Assembly: GCA_964573615.1 (NCBI GenBank)
Contig: CAZNKD010000009.1
Coordinates: forward strand, 37,327 to 101,326
Direction: 5' to 3'
DNA from: an uncultured Desulfobacterales bacterium
GTDB taxonomy: Bacteria; Desulfobacterota; Dissulfuribacteria; Dissulfuribacterales; QOAL01
DNA length: 64,000 bases
The notes below the pieces were generated by a model, which ran no database searches, was not told the DNA's origin, and saw only the letters and a list, made by a program, of their open reading frames with translations. Position 1 is the stretch's first letter. Each line of letters starts with the position of its first letter. Below are positions 18,378 through 28,598 of this stretch, in pieces. Both the position numbers and the translations under genes were made by a program.

Positions 18378-19313
18378 TTAGGAGGGCTTTATGTCCACGT
18401 GCTTTATGTAGGGGAGCCTCTTTTTGAGGGCCTCTTCCATCTCATCGATCTTTGCGCCTACCGTGCGTGTCACCCGGTTGGCAAAGGCTGCACAGAACTG
18501 GAGAAAGTCGCCAAATGTCTCTATCTCCTCCCAGTCCTCTCTAAGGCTTGCCTCCATCTCCTTGACCAGCAGGTATCCGTTGAGCTCCACCTCTGCCCTT
18601 ATGGAGTGGGCATCCGGTGTGATTATTATCATGCGGATATCCTTGATCTCCTCCACCAGGGGGAAGGTCTCTATGACCTTTCTCACCTCTTCCTGCATCT
18701 CCTTCGGAGAGGCGCGCTCTATGAGATACTCCAGGTTTTCACGTATGAGGATGATGGCTATGATGGCCAGGATGATTCCGATTATTATGGAGCCGATGGC
18801 ATCCCAGTAGTACTCGCCAGTCCACTCGGTAAGTGCAATGGCGATTCCGGCCAGGATGACACCGAATACGGCCGCGCTGTCCTCCATGATAACGGCAAGA
18901 TTGGCGGTGTCCCCTTCCCTCTTCTCCCTCCAGGCCACCAGGAGCGAATAGCCCTCTGCGACAAATGCGAAGAGGAGCACCCCGATGGTCCACTGGTTGA
19001 TCTCTGGCACGTTCGGATGGATCAGGCTGTGGATACCGTGATAGATGGTGACCCCTGCCCCCACGAAGAAGATGCCGCAGGCAGAGATGAGGCCCCATAC
19101 GAATCGCTCCTGCCCCCTGCCAAAGGGGAATTTCCTGGAAGGGCCGATCTTGCTCCTGGTGATACCCACCAGGAGCAGGGCCTGATTCCCCGTATCCGCA
19201 AGAGAGTGGATGGCCTCTGCGAACATGGAGGCACTTCCGCCTACCAAGGCCACGAAGAACTTGAGACAACAGATGAAGAAGTTTGCCGTGATTGCTATCT
19301 TTACAGATTTCAT
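18378..19313 (-). CDS. Cation diffusion facilitator family transporter
   Basis: Six TM segments, the HSLADTGN motif in TM2 and a C-terminal cytoplasmic domain. Confidence 0.9.
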   Translation of the reverse strand: MKSVKIAITANFFICCLKFFVALVGGSASMFAEAIHSLADTGNQALLLVGITRSKIGPSRKFPFGRGQERFVWGLISACGIFFVGAGVTIYHGIHSLIHPNVPEINQWTIGVLLFAFVAEGYSLLVAWREKREGDTANLAVIMEDSAAVFGVILAGIAIALTEWTGEYYWDAIGSIIIGIILAIIAIILIRENLEYLIERASPKEMQEEVRKVIETFPLVEEIKDIRMIIITPDAHSIRAEVELNGYLLVKEMEASLREDWEEIETFGDFLQFCAAFANRVTRTVGAKIDEMEEALKKRLPYIKHVDIKPS

Positions 19314-19351
19314 GATCTACTGATTCCTATCCTTCTGTCACTCTCCCCTCT

Positions 19352-22300
19352 CTATTTGTCACCCCTGTCCGGGCCTGTTGCAGGATGGCCCTTTGGCATC
19401 TTGTGGCCAGCCTTCAAGGCCCCTTTCATCCCGTTTGCCCTGGAGTGGAAGCCACCCGATGCACTTGCAAAATCCACCTCCTCAAGGGGGCCTGAAAGGA
19501 GCTTAATCTCCTTTGAATTGCCATTTTCATCGGTCCTGAGCACGGTTATCTCAACCTTCTGACCCTTTTTCTTGAAAAAGAGCTCTATCCTCAGATCCTC
19601 AAGGCTCTTCACCCTGACCCCATCTATGGCCTTGATCACATCCCCAGGCTTGATGCCTGCCTGATCAGCCGGGCTCTTGTCCACGACCTTTTCGACCCTC
19701 AGCTCCTGCTTGTCCGAAAGGAGCACGCCAAGCTTGGCGGAAAAGGGCTCTGGCAGAACGGGCGGAAAGAGGAAGAAATCGGCCTCATCGGGATCGAGCA
19801 CCTTCTCCCGTCCGCTGAGCACAACGGCCTGGTCCTTGATGCCTCGCCGCTCCACCCTGGATGGGATGCCGAAGCGGTAGGCGACATGGCCGCTTCCCAC
19901 CAGTACCACCATGGATCTTTCTGGGTTCTGCCTGAGATACTTCACTATATTGGCACCCATGGACTCGTCCCATGCGATCTGTGCCTGAAAGAAGTACTCG
20001 AAGTCCTCCACCGGAGCCTCCCGGTGTTGTGCAAAGACCTGCTGGAGGTGATAGCGGTAGGCCCTGTTGGACAGGTCGAGCTCTTCGGGAAGCCAGCTAC
20101 GCTCCTGCTCGTTCAGGGACTCAAGCCCGCTTCGGGCGATCTTCTTCGATACCTCGGCCGGGATGTTCAGGGCGATGACCGGGATCCCATGCTCCTTGCA
20201 GTACTCTATGACCGGCCTGTAGAAGCGGTAGTTGAATCTCCAGCGTTTGAAATATTCACTCTCCTTGAGAAACTGCCTCTCATCTATCCGGCCAGCAAGA
20301 TAGTCGTCTATCACCTTCTGGAACGGGGCCTGGAACATCTCCATCCCCACTGCGATCTCCTTTCCGGACTCGAAGAGGCTCTTTACCACCTCGAACTGCA
20401 CCCTGTGGAAGCCCGCATCGTCATGGGTCTCTCCCATGTAGACGACGCGAAAGGGCCTGAGCTGCCTATAGATGGAGTCGGCCTCGACCAGGGAGGATGA
20501 GGCCACTGCCAGCACCATGGGCTGAAACTCTATGTTGACCCCTTCCACATAGGATGAACGCACCTTTTTGATCACCCTCCCATCCCGGTCGAACTCCAGC
20601 ATGGAATACTTTCCATAATGGGGCACCTTTGAAAGGGCAAGCTTCAGGAGTTCCGGATCGTCGGCCCTGACTGCCGCAACCACATGCCTCCTGTTGAGCG
20701 GATTCTTCTTGACGGCTATGGTCACTGCCGCCTTGCCATCGTCAAGGGAGGGGATCATGCCTGAAAGCCTCCCCTTCGGCCTTCCAAGCACGAGAAACGA
20801 GGCCGTTTTCACCATCTGGTGCTTGATCTCGTCCTGCTTCACCAGCTTGAAGCCCTCGGACTCGAAAAACTCGGCGGCCTTTTCGTAGATGCCTTCCTTG
20901 GCATCGTCCCCTATGACCACATAACGGTCCGGATCTCCTATCAGGGTGGCGATCATTGCAGGAAGCTCCGGCTCGGAAAGCTCCCTGGCGAGATCGTACT
21001 CGGGATCGAAAAAGAGCGACAAGGGGCGCTGCCCAAGGCTCAGGCGCACCCTCTGCTCCCTCTTGGAGACCTCTGCAGTGACCCTTTGATTCCCCTGCCT
21101 GCTCACGGCCAGAAAGGGCAGCACGAGCCGCCAGGGCCCCTGATCACCCTTAAGTTCCTGGACCACATCGAGTTCAAGCACGAATCCTCCATCCCTGGAG
21201 CGCATCAGGCTGGCATCCCTGAAACGGACTCTGGGCATGCCGGTTCGTTCCAGCCACTGGGAGAAGAACCAGTCAAGGTCCATGCCAGAGACCTCGCTGA
21301 AGATCTCCTCTATCTGGCCCCAGGCAACGGGCCTGAACTTGTAACGGGCATAAAGGAGCTTGATGGCCCTGAAGAAGTCCTCATCGCCAACGAGCCTTCT
21401 CAGCATATGAAAGACCATGGCCCCCTTTTCATATCCTACGGCCTTGGAGGCCCTGTCGCTTCTGTGAGTGAAGGCAGAAAGCGGCATGTCCCGCTCCGGG
21501 GTCACATATGCCGCAAATTCGGCCAGGGCATCGTGACGCCAGGCACTTGCCGTGCCATCGAGCTGACGATAGTAATGGTCTGCCAGGTAGGTGGTCAGGC
21601 CCTCGCACCAGTTGCCCTGGGAATAGTCCACGAGCACGCTGTTTCCAAACCATGAGTGGAGGATCTCGTGGCCGAGAGAGATCTTCCTTATAAAGGGCAT
21701 GGGCATGAGCCTTTCCCCTATGAGCGTATATGTTGGAAGTCCAAAACCTGTCTGGGCACTGTTTGCCACCACGGAAAAACGCTTGTATGGATAGGGCCCT
21801 ATCAGCCCGCTGTATAGGGAGATGAAACGCCCCATTTCATCCAGATAGGCATCTGCCAGCCGCTCCTGCCCCGGCCCTTGATCGCCGAGAAGATAGACAT
21901 TGAGCCCCACCCCTTCTTCAGACTCCCTGCTGAATTGCCGGAACCTTCCTACCACCAGCGTGGGAAACTGCCTTGGGTACGGAAATACGAATGTAAAGCA
22001 GCGCTCACCACTGCCCGTCTCTATCACGTAATCGGCCTCGGATATGGCAGTCAGGCCGGAAGGCACGGTGATTTCAAGGTCATAGACCGCCCTGTCCTCC
22101 AGGACCGGACACCACGGGGCAAGCATCATGAAGAAATCATCCCCCCAGTAGAGATCTCCCAGAAACTCCTTGCGCCCAAGGGCGGCCACCGCCTCCCTGC
22201 CCTCCTTGAAGCGTGACACGAAGCCCATCTCGATCTTTTGCAGGCCCTTTTCCTTCAGATGGGCAGCCTTTATGACAAGGCCGTTTCCGCCAACCTTCTC

Positions 22301-22609
22301 ATAGAGCCCCTGGGGCCTGTCTCCATCCGCCTTCACAGATGTGATCTCGCTCCCTGAAGGCAGATGAAACAGGATATCGTCTCCGCAGTCGTCTTTTACC
22401 TCAAAGGAGATGTGGCCGGAGATCCTGCGCCCCTCCATATCCACCGATGCCTGGATCCTTACGGGCATCTGGACGCACCTCACACTTGACCTCTGGCCGG
22501 CCTCGGCCTGGTCAGGGCTGATTTGGGGGCACGAAACGCCCATGAAAAGGAAGATAAGGAAGATGATGAACCAGGAGAGAGGAAAAAGAGTGATAGATGG
22601 TCTGTACAT
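19352..22609 (-). CDS. Large exported multidomain protein: M1-like zinc peptidase domain + ChaN/Tiki-superfamily domain + C-terminal PDZ
   Basis: N-terminal hydrophobic signal; HEILHSWFGN...WCEGLTTY (HExxH plus distal E); ChaN-like VVYMGETHDD...GMEMF...AWDESMG...LVGSGH; PDZ GIKPGDVIKAIDG. Confidence 0.85.
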   Translation of the reverse strand: MYRPSITLFPLSWFIIFLIFLFMGVSCPQISPDQAEAGQRSSVRCVQMPVRIQASVDMEGRRISGHISFEVKDDCGDDILFHLPSGSEITSVKADGDRPQGLYEKVGGNGLVIKAAHLKEKGLQKIEMGFVSRFKEGREAVAALGRKEFLGDLYWGDDFFMMLAPWCPVLEDRAVYDLEITVPSGLTAISEADYVIETGSGERCFTFVFPYPRQFPTLVVGRFRQFSRESEEGVGLNVYLLGDQGPGQERLADAYLDEMGRFISLYSGLIGPYPYKRFSVVANSAQTGFGLPTYTLIGERLMPMPFIRKISLGHEILHSWFGNSVLVDYSQGNWCEGLTTYLADHYYRQLDGTASAWRHDALAEFAAYVTPERDMPLSAFTHRSDRASKAVGYEKGAMVFHMLRRLVGDEDFFRAIKLLYARYKFRPVAWGQIEEIFSEVSGMDLDWFFSQWLERTGMPRVRFRDASLMRSRDGGFVLELDVVQELKGDQGPWRLVLPFLAVSRQGNQRVTAEVSKREQRVRLSLGQRPLSLFFDPEYDLARELSEPELPAMIATLIGDPDRYVVIGDDAKEGIYEKAAEFFESEGFKLVKQDEIKHQMVKTASFLVLGRPKGRLSGMIPSLDDGKAAVTIAVKKNPLNRRHVVAAVRADDPELLKLALSKVPHYGKYSMLEFDRDGRVIKKVRSSYVEGVNIEFQPMVLAVASSSLVEADSIYRQLRPFRVVYMGETHDDAGFHRVQFEVVKSLFESGKEIAVGMEMFQAPFQKVIDDYLAGRIDERQFLKESEYFKRWRFNYRFYRPVIEYCKEHGIPVIALNIPAEVSKKIARSGLESLNEQERSWLPEELDLSNRAYRYHLQQVFAQHREAPVEDFEYFFQAQIAWDESMGANIVKYLRQNPERSMVVLVGSGHVAYRFGIPSRVERRGIKDQAVVLSGREKVLDPDEADFFLFPPVLPEPFSAKLGVLLSDKQELRVEKVVDKSPADQAGIKPGDVIKAIDGVRVKSLEDLRIELFFKKKGQKVEITVLRTDENGNSKEIKLLSGPLEEVDFASASGGFHSRANGMKGALKAGHKMPKGHPATGPDRGDK

Positions 22610-22672
22610 ATAAATACCCCGTATGGTGATCTGGTTGTTTTGCTCTTCAATGTCGCTTTGTCTGCCTTTCTG

Positions 22673-23788
22673 TCACGCAACCAAGAGATAGAGGGCACAG
22701 GAGATCATGACAGAGACTATCCTCAGCGCCTGCCCCATCAGCAGGAGCCTGATCCCCGTGGCCGGTTTGAATATGCCTATGTACCGGGGGAGCTGATGTC
22801 TTATGGCCCTCACAGGTGTTGCGATCACGTTTCCAAGCACCAGGGCTATCACCGTCTCCTTGGTGGTGAGCACCCCTTGCTGCTGCATGGCGCCTGCAGC
22901 CGCAGCCCCTGCTGCGAACTCTGCAACGATGCTGAAGACCACCACCGAGATCCCCTCCACAGGGACCATGTTCGTGGCCACCAGATGGGCGCTGGCCTCC
23001 TTGAGCCAGTCAAAAAGCCCCCAAATCTGCAAGAGCACCACCAGGATATAGATCGGCACCGTATAGAGAAGGATATTGCCAAGGCGCATCGTCATGTACT
23101 TCTTGAAGATGGAGGCAAAATCCCTTTTGCCCCCTGCCCTGGACCTCTCATGTCCAACCTTGGCGACCCTCTCCTCCACACTCTCTTTGGACTCCTTCAA
23201 CAGCAGCCGGCCCAGAAGGAGTATGAAGGCGGATCTCAAGATTGCAGCCAGAAAGGTTATTGCCATGTATATGGCCCCTGCAGTACCTGCAAGGGGAACG
23301 ATTATGGCAAGGGTTACGGGCAGATGAAGGAAATATGAGGGCAGGCCCACATTGAGCAGTGAGGCCAGATACATCTCCTTTTTGGATATCCTCCCCTCCT
23401 TGTAGGCATTCCAGAGCAGGGTGCTCCCTGCTATGCCGGAGAGGAAGGATGTGGTGAATGCGGTTCCGCTCCAGTCGCTCAGCCTGCCAAGGCGCATGAG
23501 CGGACGGGAGACCATTGCCACCACCCTGTTCCAGCCGTTTGCCTCGATCAGGGCTGAAAGGGCCAGGGTTCCTGCCATTATGGATACAAGCCGGATGAGC
23601 GGGCGGAGCACCCTGGACCAGAACAGGTGGAGATCTCCGCCGGTTTCACGGAAGAAGAGATAGGCCAGCAGCGGAATGGAGAGGAGCCAGAGCAGGGTGG
23701 TGACCCTGCCCCTTTCTGATTTGCGGGATCTGGAGCCACGCCCCTCCTGGGGAGGCCTCCGGTCAGGGCTGTTGTCTGCCTGTTCCAT
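22673..23788 (-). CDS. Integral membrane protein, nucleoside-recognition (Gate) domain-like
   Basis: 371-aa polytopic ORF with an Arg-rich N-terminus. The family call is tentative. Confidence 0.6.
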   Translation of the reverse strand: MEQADNSPDRRPPQEGRGSRSRKSERGRVTTLLWLLSIPLLAYLFFRETGGDLHLFWSRVLRPLIRLVSIMAGTLALSALIEANGWNRVVAMVSRPLMRLGRLSDWSGTAFTTSFLSGIAGSTLLWNAYKEGRISKKEMYLASLLNVGLPSYFLHLPVTLAIIVPLAGTAGAIYMAITFLAAILRSAFILLLGRLLLKESKESVEERVAKVGHERSRAGGKRDFASIFKKYMTMRLGNILLYTVPIYILVVLLQIWGLFDWLKEASAHLVATNMVPVEGISVVVFSIVAEFAAGAAAAGAMQQQGVLTTKETVIALVLGNVIATPVRAIRHQLPRYIGIFKPATGIRLLLMGQALRIVSVMISCALYLLVA

Positions 23789-23810
23789 CGGGCTGGGTCC
23801 CTGGGCGGGA

Positions 23811-24908
23811 TCAGACGGCCTCGTTTCCAGGCGCTACCGAGGCATCCTGAAAGGTTGCCATCTCGCGGTAGATCTTGACACCAGCATCTATGAGCCCCAT
23901 GGTGAGTGCCGCCCCGGTGCCCTCTCCAAGCCTCATGTCCAGATCAAGCACTGGTCTCAGGCCAAGGTACTCCATCTGTACCCTGTGCCCCTGCTCCACC
24001 GACTTGTGACCGGCAAAGAGATAATCCTTCACATGGGGGGCAAGCCCTGCCGCTATGAGGGCTCCGGCAGTGGATATGAATCCGTCCACCACTACGGGCA
24101 CCCTGCGGGAGGCAGCCATGAGTATCATGCCCGCGATACCGCCTATCTCGAACCCTCCCACCTTTTGAAGTACGTCCACAGGATCGGATGGATCAGGACG
24201 ATTTACCCGAAGCGCCCGCTCTATCACCTCGATCTTTCTACCAAAGGCCTCGGAATCGATGCCTGTTCCCCTGCCTGTCACCTGCTCCGGGCCCTTTCCG
24301 CAGATGGCAGCAGTTACAGCGCTTGCAGGGGTGGTGTTGCCGATTCCCATCTCTCCGGTTGCGAGCATGGTAAATCCCTCATCGATGGCGGCAGCGGCTG
24401 CCGAGGCACCATTCAGGACCGAGGCCATGGCCTGTTCCTTGGTCATGGCCGGCCCCCTTGCCATATTGGCGGTACCAGGGGTCACCTTCAGGTGAATCAG
24501 CTCCGGAATGTGGGACAGGTCGTGATCCACCCCGATATCGATCACCTTGACCTCTGCCCCGACATGGCGTGCGAGCACATTGATGCCAGCCCCTCCAGCC
24601 AGGAAATTCTTAACCATCTGATAGGTGACCTCCTTGGGAAATGCACTGATCCCCTCTTCGGTCACACCGTGGTCTCCTGCAAATACCAAGACGCACTTCC
24701 TCGGTATCTCGGGCATGAGGCTTCCGGTGATGAGGCAGATCCTCCTTGCAAACTCCTCCAGCCTGCCGAGACTCCCCTTGGGTTTTGTAAGGTTGTCGAG
24801 ATGGGCGTTTACTACAGGCTCAAGCCTATTTTCCACAGGTGTTATGGCCTGTATCACCCTTGAAAGTTCCTGCTCAAGCTCTTCTGCTGATCTCTTGCTC
24901 TTATCCAT
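23811..24908 (-). CDS. cobT: Nicotinate-nucleotide--dimethylbenzimidazole phosphoribosyltransferase
   Basis: [13 protein letters not shown] and GEMGIGNTT motifs. Confidence 0.92.
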   Translation of the reverse strand: MDKSKRSAEELEQELSRVIQAITPVENRLEPVVNAHLDNLTKPKGSLGRLEEFARRICLITGSLMPEIPRKCVLVFAGDHGVTEEGISAFPKEVTYQMVKNFLAGGAGINVLARHVGAEVKVIDIGVDHDLSHIPELIHLKVTPGTANMARGPAMTKEQAMASVLNGASAAAAAIDEGFTMLATGEMGIGNTTPASAVTAAICGKGPEQVTGRGTGIDSEAFGRKIEVIERALRVNRPDPSDPVDVLQKVGGFEIGGIAGMILMAASRRVPVVVDGFISTAGALIAAGLAPHVKDYLFAGHKSVEQGHRVQMEYLGLRPVLDLDMRLGEGTGAALTMGLIDAGVKIYREMATFQDASVAPGNEAV

Positions 24909-24998
24909 AGCTATTTGGTTATCTGCTTGTTTACGACCCCTTGATCTCTTGAAAAACTGCCCACTTCCCCAAAGCTCCCATGGCCGACAGACCCTGAA

Positions 24999-25640
24999 TC
25001 AGATCCCGGGCCCCTTCATGATGAAACCCGCGGGCAACCTGCCCTTCAGGACCATCGGAAGGCCTGCTGCGCAGAATATCACACTGTCACAGAGGGCTGC
25101 CAGGGCCTGGTTCACAAGGCCGGCAAGATCACGGAACCTGCGGGAGAGGCTGTCTCCTGGCACTATGCCCATTCCCACCTCATTGGATACCATGATGACA
25201 GGTGCCTGGCAGGTGGTGACTGCCATCTTAAGCGGCCCCAGGATGGATGAGATCTCATCGCGGCCCTCAAGGCTCACCCCCTCCCGGTCTCCTTCCAAAA
25301 GGAGGTTGCTAAGCCATAGGGTGATGCAGTCGAGCAGGATCACCGAGTGATTCTCCCCGCGTCCGGATATGACCCTGGCAGGATCGAGCGGCTCCTCCAC
25401 GGTGTGCCAGATATCACCCTTGCGATCCCGCCTGTGCTGCTCTATGCGCCGCCTCATCTCTCCATCAAGTGCCCTGGCGGTGGCGATGAAAAGCCCCCCT
25501 TGGGCCCTCCCACCACTGTCTCCGCCCCTGTCTTTGCCTCTGTCTTCAATGAAGAACTCCGCCAACTCCTGGGCAAGACGGCTCTTTCCGCTCCTGCTGC
25601 CCCCAAGAATCAGGAAATTCCGACCGCTGCCCCCCTCCAT
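24999..25640 (-). CDS. cobU: Adenosylcobinamide kinase / adenosylcobinamide-phosphate guanylyltransferase
   Basis: P-loop GGSRSGKS and a collinear CobU/CobP pattern, with a Gly/Asp/Arg-rich insertion after the P-loop helix. Confidence 0.9.
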   Translation of the reverse strand: MEGGSGRNFLILGGSRSGKSRLAQELAEFFIEDRGKDRGGDSGGRAQGGLFIATARALDGEMRRRIEQHRRDRKGDIWHTVEEPLDPARVISGRGENHSVILLDCITLWLSNLLLEGDREGVSLEGRDEISSILGPLKMAVTTCQAPVIMVSNEVGMGIVPGDSLSRRFRDLAGLVNQALAALCDSVIFCAAGLPMVLKGRLPAGFIMKGPGI

Positions 25641-25649
25641 CTTCTTCCC

Positions 25650-25904
25650 TCAAAAGCTCCTGACCCTGCCGCAGTCCGGACAGACCCATGTGACACCGTT
25701 GCTGATGCCCCACATGTTCTCCTTGAGGCAGTCATCACAGATCTGGAAGCCGCAGGGACAGTTCCAGCAAAAGGGCAGCTCACGCCTGCAGCAGTGGCAC
25801 TGGAAATGCCCCCTGCGCCCCCATTTAGAACGCCTCTTGGGATGGTGCTCGGGAAGCGCATCAGAGCCCTTGCCCCTGCCTCTGTTCCTGTCGGTGCTGC
25901 TCAT
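25650..25904 (-). CDS. Small cysteine-rich protein (84 aa, at least 10 Cys), probable multi-zinc-ribbon
   Basis: GGAGG sits 9 nt upstream of the ATG. The gene is wedged between glk (21-nt gap) and cobU (9-nt gap) on the same strand. Sequence core: HFQCHCCRRELPFCWNCPCGFQICDDCL...WVCPDCGRV. Confidence 0.65.
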   Translation of the reverse strand: MSSTDRNRGRGKGSDALPEHHPKRRSKWGRRGHFQCHCCRRELPFCWNCPCGFQICDDCLKENMWGISNGVTWVCPDCGRVRSF

Positions 25905-25925
25905 TTCCCCTTGCCTCCGATCTAC

Positions 25926-26912
25926 TCAGGCGAAGAGAAGCTCCGCCCTGTAGGCGGCACCCTTGAGCCCCAAGGCCTCGGTTGCAACCACTAGGAGCGG
26001 GATTCCCTCAAGGAGTCTCTCCATTCTGCCCTTGCCCCAAAAGGCCCTGAGCATCTCCTGTCTGGGAAGCAGATCCAGGTTCTTGGCAATGATACCGCCG
26101 GCCAGATAGGTCCCGCCAGTGGGAATGGACTTGAGTGCAAGGTTTGCCGCCTCTGAAGCAAATATGGTGAAAAAGAGCTCCATTGCAAGCCCTGCTGCCT
26201 CCTCTCCGGCCCTTGCGGCCTCGGCCACCTGTTTGGGTCCGGTGATCTTGGCCCCGTTGGTGTGCAGAGGGCTGGAGGTGATGAACTCATATATGTTCAT
26301 GAGTCCCTCTCCAGAGACCACCCGCTCAAAGGACACATGGCCGTAGCGCCTTGAGAGGAATCGCAGGAGTTCCATCTGCCGGGCATCCGTCGGGGCAAAG
26401 GAGCAGTGCCCCCCTTCACTCCTCAAGACCGTCCAGAGGCCGCCTTCATCGCACGGCACGACAGTGGCCTCCCCCAGACCGGTTCCTGCACCGAGAAGCG
26501 CCTTGGGGCCGGATGGATCAGGCCCAGGGCCACCTATCTGTACGAGGTCGGAGCTCTCTGCGGGTCCACCTGCTGGGCCATTCAGGGTGAAGAGGCCCCA
26601 TGCCGCTGCCTCGAAGTCGTTCAGCAGCAGACACCTGTCTGTCCCAACGATCCCTGCCACCTGGTCCCGCCTGATAGTCCAGGCCAGATTGAGCCCTTTT
26701 ATGGATGAGCCCCTGTCCTCGACGACTCCGGCCGCCGCTATGGCGGCTGCATCTATATCCCCTTCATCAGCATGCTCAAGAAAGTCTGAGATGACGGGCT
26801 CGATCGAGTCGAACTCGGCAGACGGATAGACCTTCTTGTATAGGATAGATCCCCTGCTTATCAGGGCTAGACGGGCGTTGGTGCCCCCGATATCGGCAGC
26901 TAATATCAACAT
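25926..26912 (-). CDS. glk: Glucokinase
   Basis: ADIGGTNARLAL N-terminal ATPase motif and a collinear Glk pattern. Confidence 0.9.
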   Translation of the reverse strand: MLILAADIGGTNARLALISRGSILYKKVYPSAEFDSIEPVISDFLEHADEGDIDAAAIAAAGVVEDRGSSIKGLNLAWTIRRDQVAGIVGTDRCLLLNDFEAAAWGLFTLNGPAGGPAESSDLVQIGGPGPDPSGPKALLGAGTGLGEATVVPCDEGGLWTVLRSEGGHCSFAPTDARQMELLRFLSRRYGHVSFERVVSGEGLMNIYEFITSSPLHTNGAKITGPKQVAEAARAGEEAAGLAMELFFTIFASEAANLALKSIPTGGTYLAGGIIAKNLDLLPRQEMLRAFWGKGRMERLLEGIPLLVVATEALGLKGAAYRAELLFA

Positions 26913-27022
26913 GGAGGGGATGATGAAAAGGGAGCCGTATTCCTCTTGTCAGGGCTCACTTCAGGGATCATGTCAGGTCCTCATCTATCTGGCAATATCG
27001 TGTAAAGGGGGCAAGAAGAGGC

Positions 27023-27499
27023 CTAAATCTCCCTGAACTCCTCGGGCCATCCTATCGGCACACACAGCACAGGACAGGGGAGCAGCCTTACAACCTTTTC
27101 CACAGTGCTCCCGAAGAAGATCTCCTCTATCTGGCCGCCCTTTCCCCTGCTTCCATATCCGCCCATGATGATCAGGTCCACCTGATAGTCCCTGGCCTTT
27201 ACGGCTATCTCCTGAAACGGGGAGCCGACTGCTACGATCGTCTCCCGTACTATGTCGGCACCGTCCCAGCCCTTCAGGAACCTCCTGAAGGCCTGCTTGG
27301 CCTGGTTGGTGAGTCTTTCCAGCACCTTCTCTATGGGCTCCTTGGCATAGGTGGAGAAGTGATTGGCCTCACGGCTGTCTATGACATGGAGCAGTATGAG
27401 CTGGGCGCCATTCTTCTTGGCGACATCCCTTGCATAACGAAGGGAGTTGAGGGCGCAGTCGGTAAAATCGGTAGGTACCAATATGAGTGAAACATCCAT
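27023..27499 (-). CDS. Universal stress protein (UspA family)
   Basis: Typical Usp C-terminus GGYGSRG...GSTVEKVVRLLPCPVLCV. Confidence 0.88.
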   Translation of the reverse strand: MDVSLILVPTDFTDCALNSLRYARDVAKKNGAQLILLHVIDSREANHFSTYAKEPIEKVLERLTNQAKQAFRRFLKGWDGADIVRETIVAVGSPFQEIAVKARDYQVDLIIMGGYGSRGKGGQIEEIFFGSTVEKVVRLLPCPVLCVPIGWPEEFREI

Positions 27500-27574
27500 C
27501 TACATGCCACCTCTCAAACAGGGATTGAAATCACAAAAAAAATCGGGAAGGGATCAGAAAGGGCCTTGCCGCCC

Positions 27575-28588
27575 TCACGCCTGCCTCCCCTTTTGAAGCA
27601 CTACTCCAGCCCAGCCCTGAGTCTCGAAGAGGGCTTCAATGTGCATGGCCGATCTTTCTGCCTGCTCGGAGATCCAGCTTGCAGTCTCAGAGCTGGCCTC
27701 AAAGCCTGCAAGTACCATGAAACCGCCTTCCCGGAGCAGCCTGGCCATGGACTCAAAGAGCTGTATCATGACCGAAGGCGTTAGATTCGCAACGATAACA
27801 TCAGGTGGTGCCAAGTTCAATCTCTCAAGGCTTCCGCAATGGAGCTCTATCCTGTCAGAGACCCCGCTCGCCTCTGCATTCCGCCCTGCACTCTCAACTG
27901 CATGAGGCTCTATATCCATGGCCGAGACCCTCTCTGCACCGAAAAGTGCCCCTAATATCGCAAGGATACCGGTACCCGTGCCCACATCGAGCATATGGCA
28001 TCCGGCCATTGCCCCCTTCTTCCTCAGAAGATCGAGCCCTCGCGCAGCGCTTATGGTGCTTGGGTGGCTGCCTGAGCCAAATGCACCATGGGAATATGCC
28101 AGGCGAATCTCAACCCGCCTGCCTTCAGACTCCTCTGCGGACCCCTTGGGACCCGATGAGGTCCCAGAAAAAGCCCCGGAAGGGAGGGCTGCAGGAGCGA
28201 GGCTGCCCAGACCTGCGCTATCTGCCCTTAAGAGCCTCACACCGAGGCTCTCCCACCAGGCATCACAACTGTCACGAAACTCGGGGCTGTCAGGGTCAAA
28301 TATCTCTACCTCGACCGCATCGAACCCGTCCAGCCAGCCACCAAGGGCCCTTAGTCTCTCATTTAGATGGGCATGTGTGTCACTGCCGGAACGGGAAGGG
28401 CCTTGGCCCAAGGAATCATCTCTATCGATTGTTGAAAAAAGAAGGACAACCCTTGATCTTTCTGTATCTTTTAAGGATGAATCAACCCTCCATCCATCAG
28501 GCGGACACAGGTGCTCTGAAGGGACAAGCTCATCTCTTTTGAGCACGATGCGCGCAGAGAGCCTTGAAGGTCCTGATGGGGACGACAT
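27575..28588 (-). CDS. prmA: PrmA-like ribosomal protein L11 methyltransferase
   Basis: GAFGSGSHPST...MLDVGTGTGILA...DIEPHAV...ANL pattern, with an extended low-complexity N-terminal half. Confidence 0.75.
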   Translation of the reverse strand: MSSPSGPSRLSARIVLKRDELVPSEHLCPPDGWRVDSSLKDTERSRVVLLFSTIDRDDSLGQGPSRSGSDTHAHLNERLRALGGWLDGFDAVEVEIFDPDSPEFRDSCDAWWESLGVRLLRADSAGLGSLAPAALPSGAFSGTSSGPKGSAEESEGRRVEIRLAYSHGAFGSGSHPSTISAARGLDLLRKKGAMAGCHMLDVGTGTGILAILGALFGAERVSAMDIEPHAVESAGRNAEASGVSDRIELHCGSLERLNLAPPDVIVANLTPSVMIQLFESMARLLREGGFMVLAGFEASSETASWISEQAERSAMHIEALFETQGWAGVVLQKGRQA

Positions 28589-28598
28589 CTATTCCATC

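Noticed and set aside
24909-27022. Looked for a cobalamin riboswitch upstream of cobT and upstream of glk
   Set aside because: I saw no B12-box-like GCCACTG core or the surrounding conserved helices. A cmsearch with RF00174 would be the decisive test.
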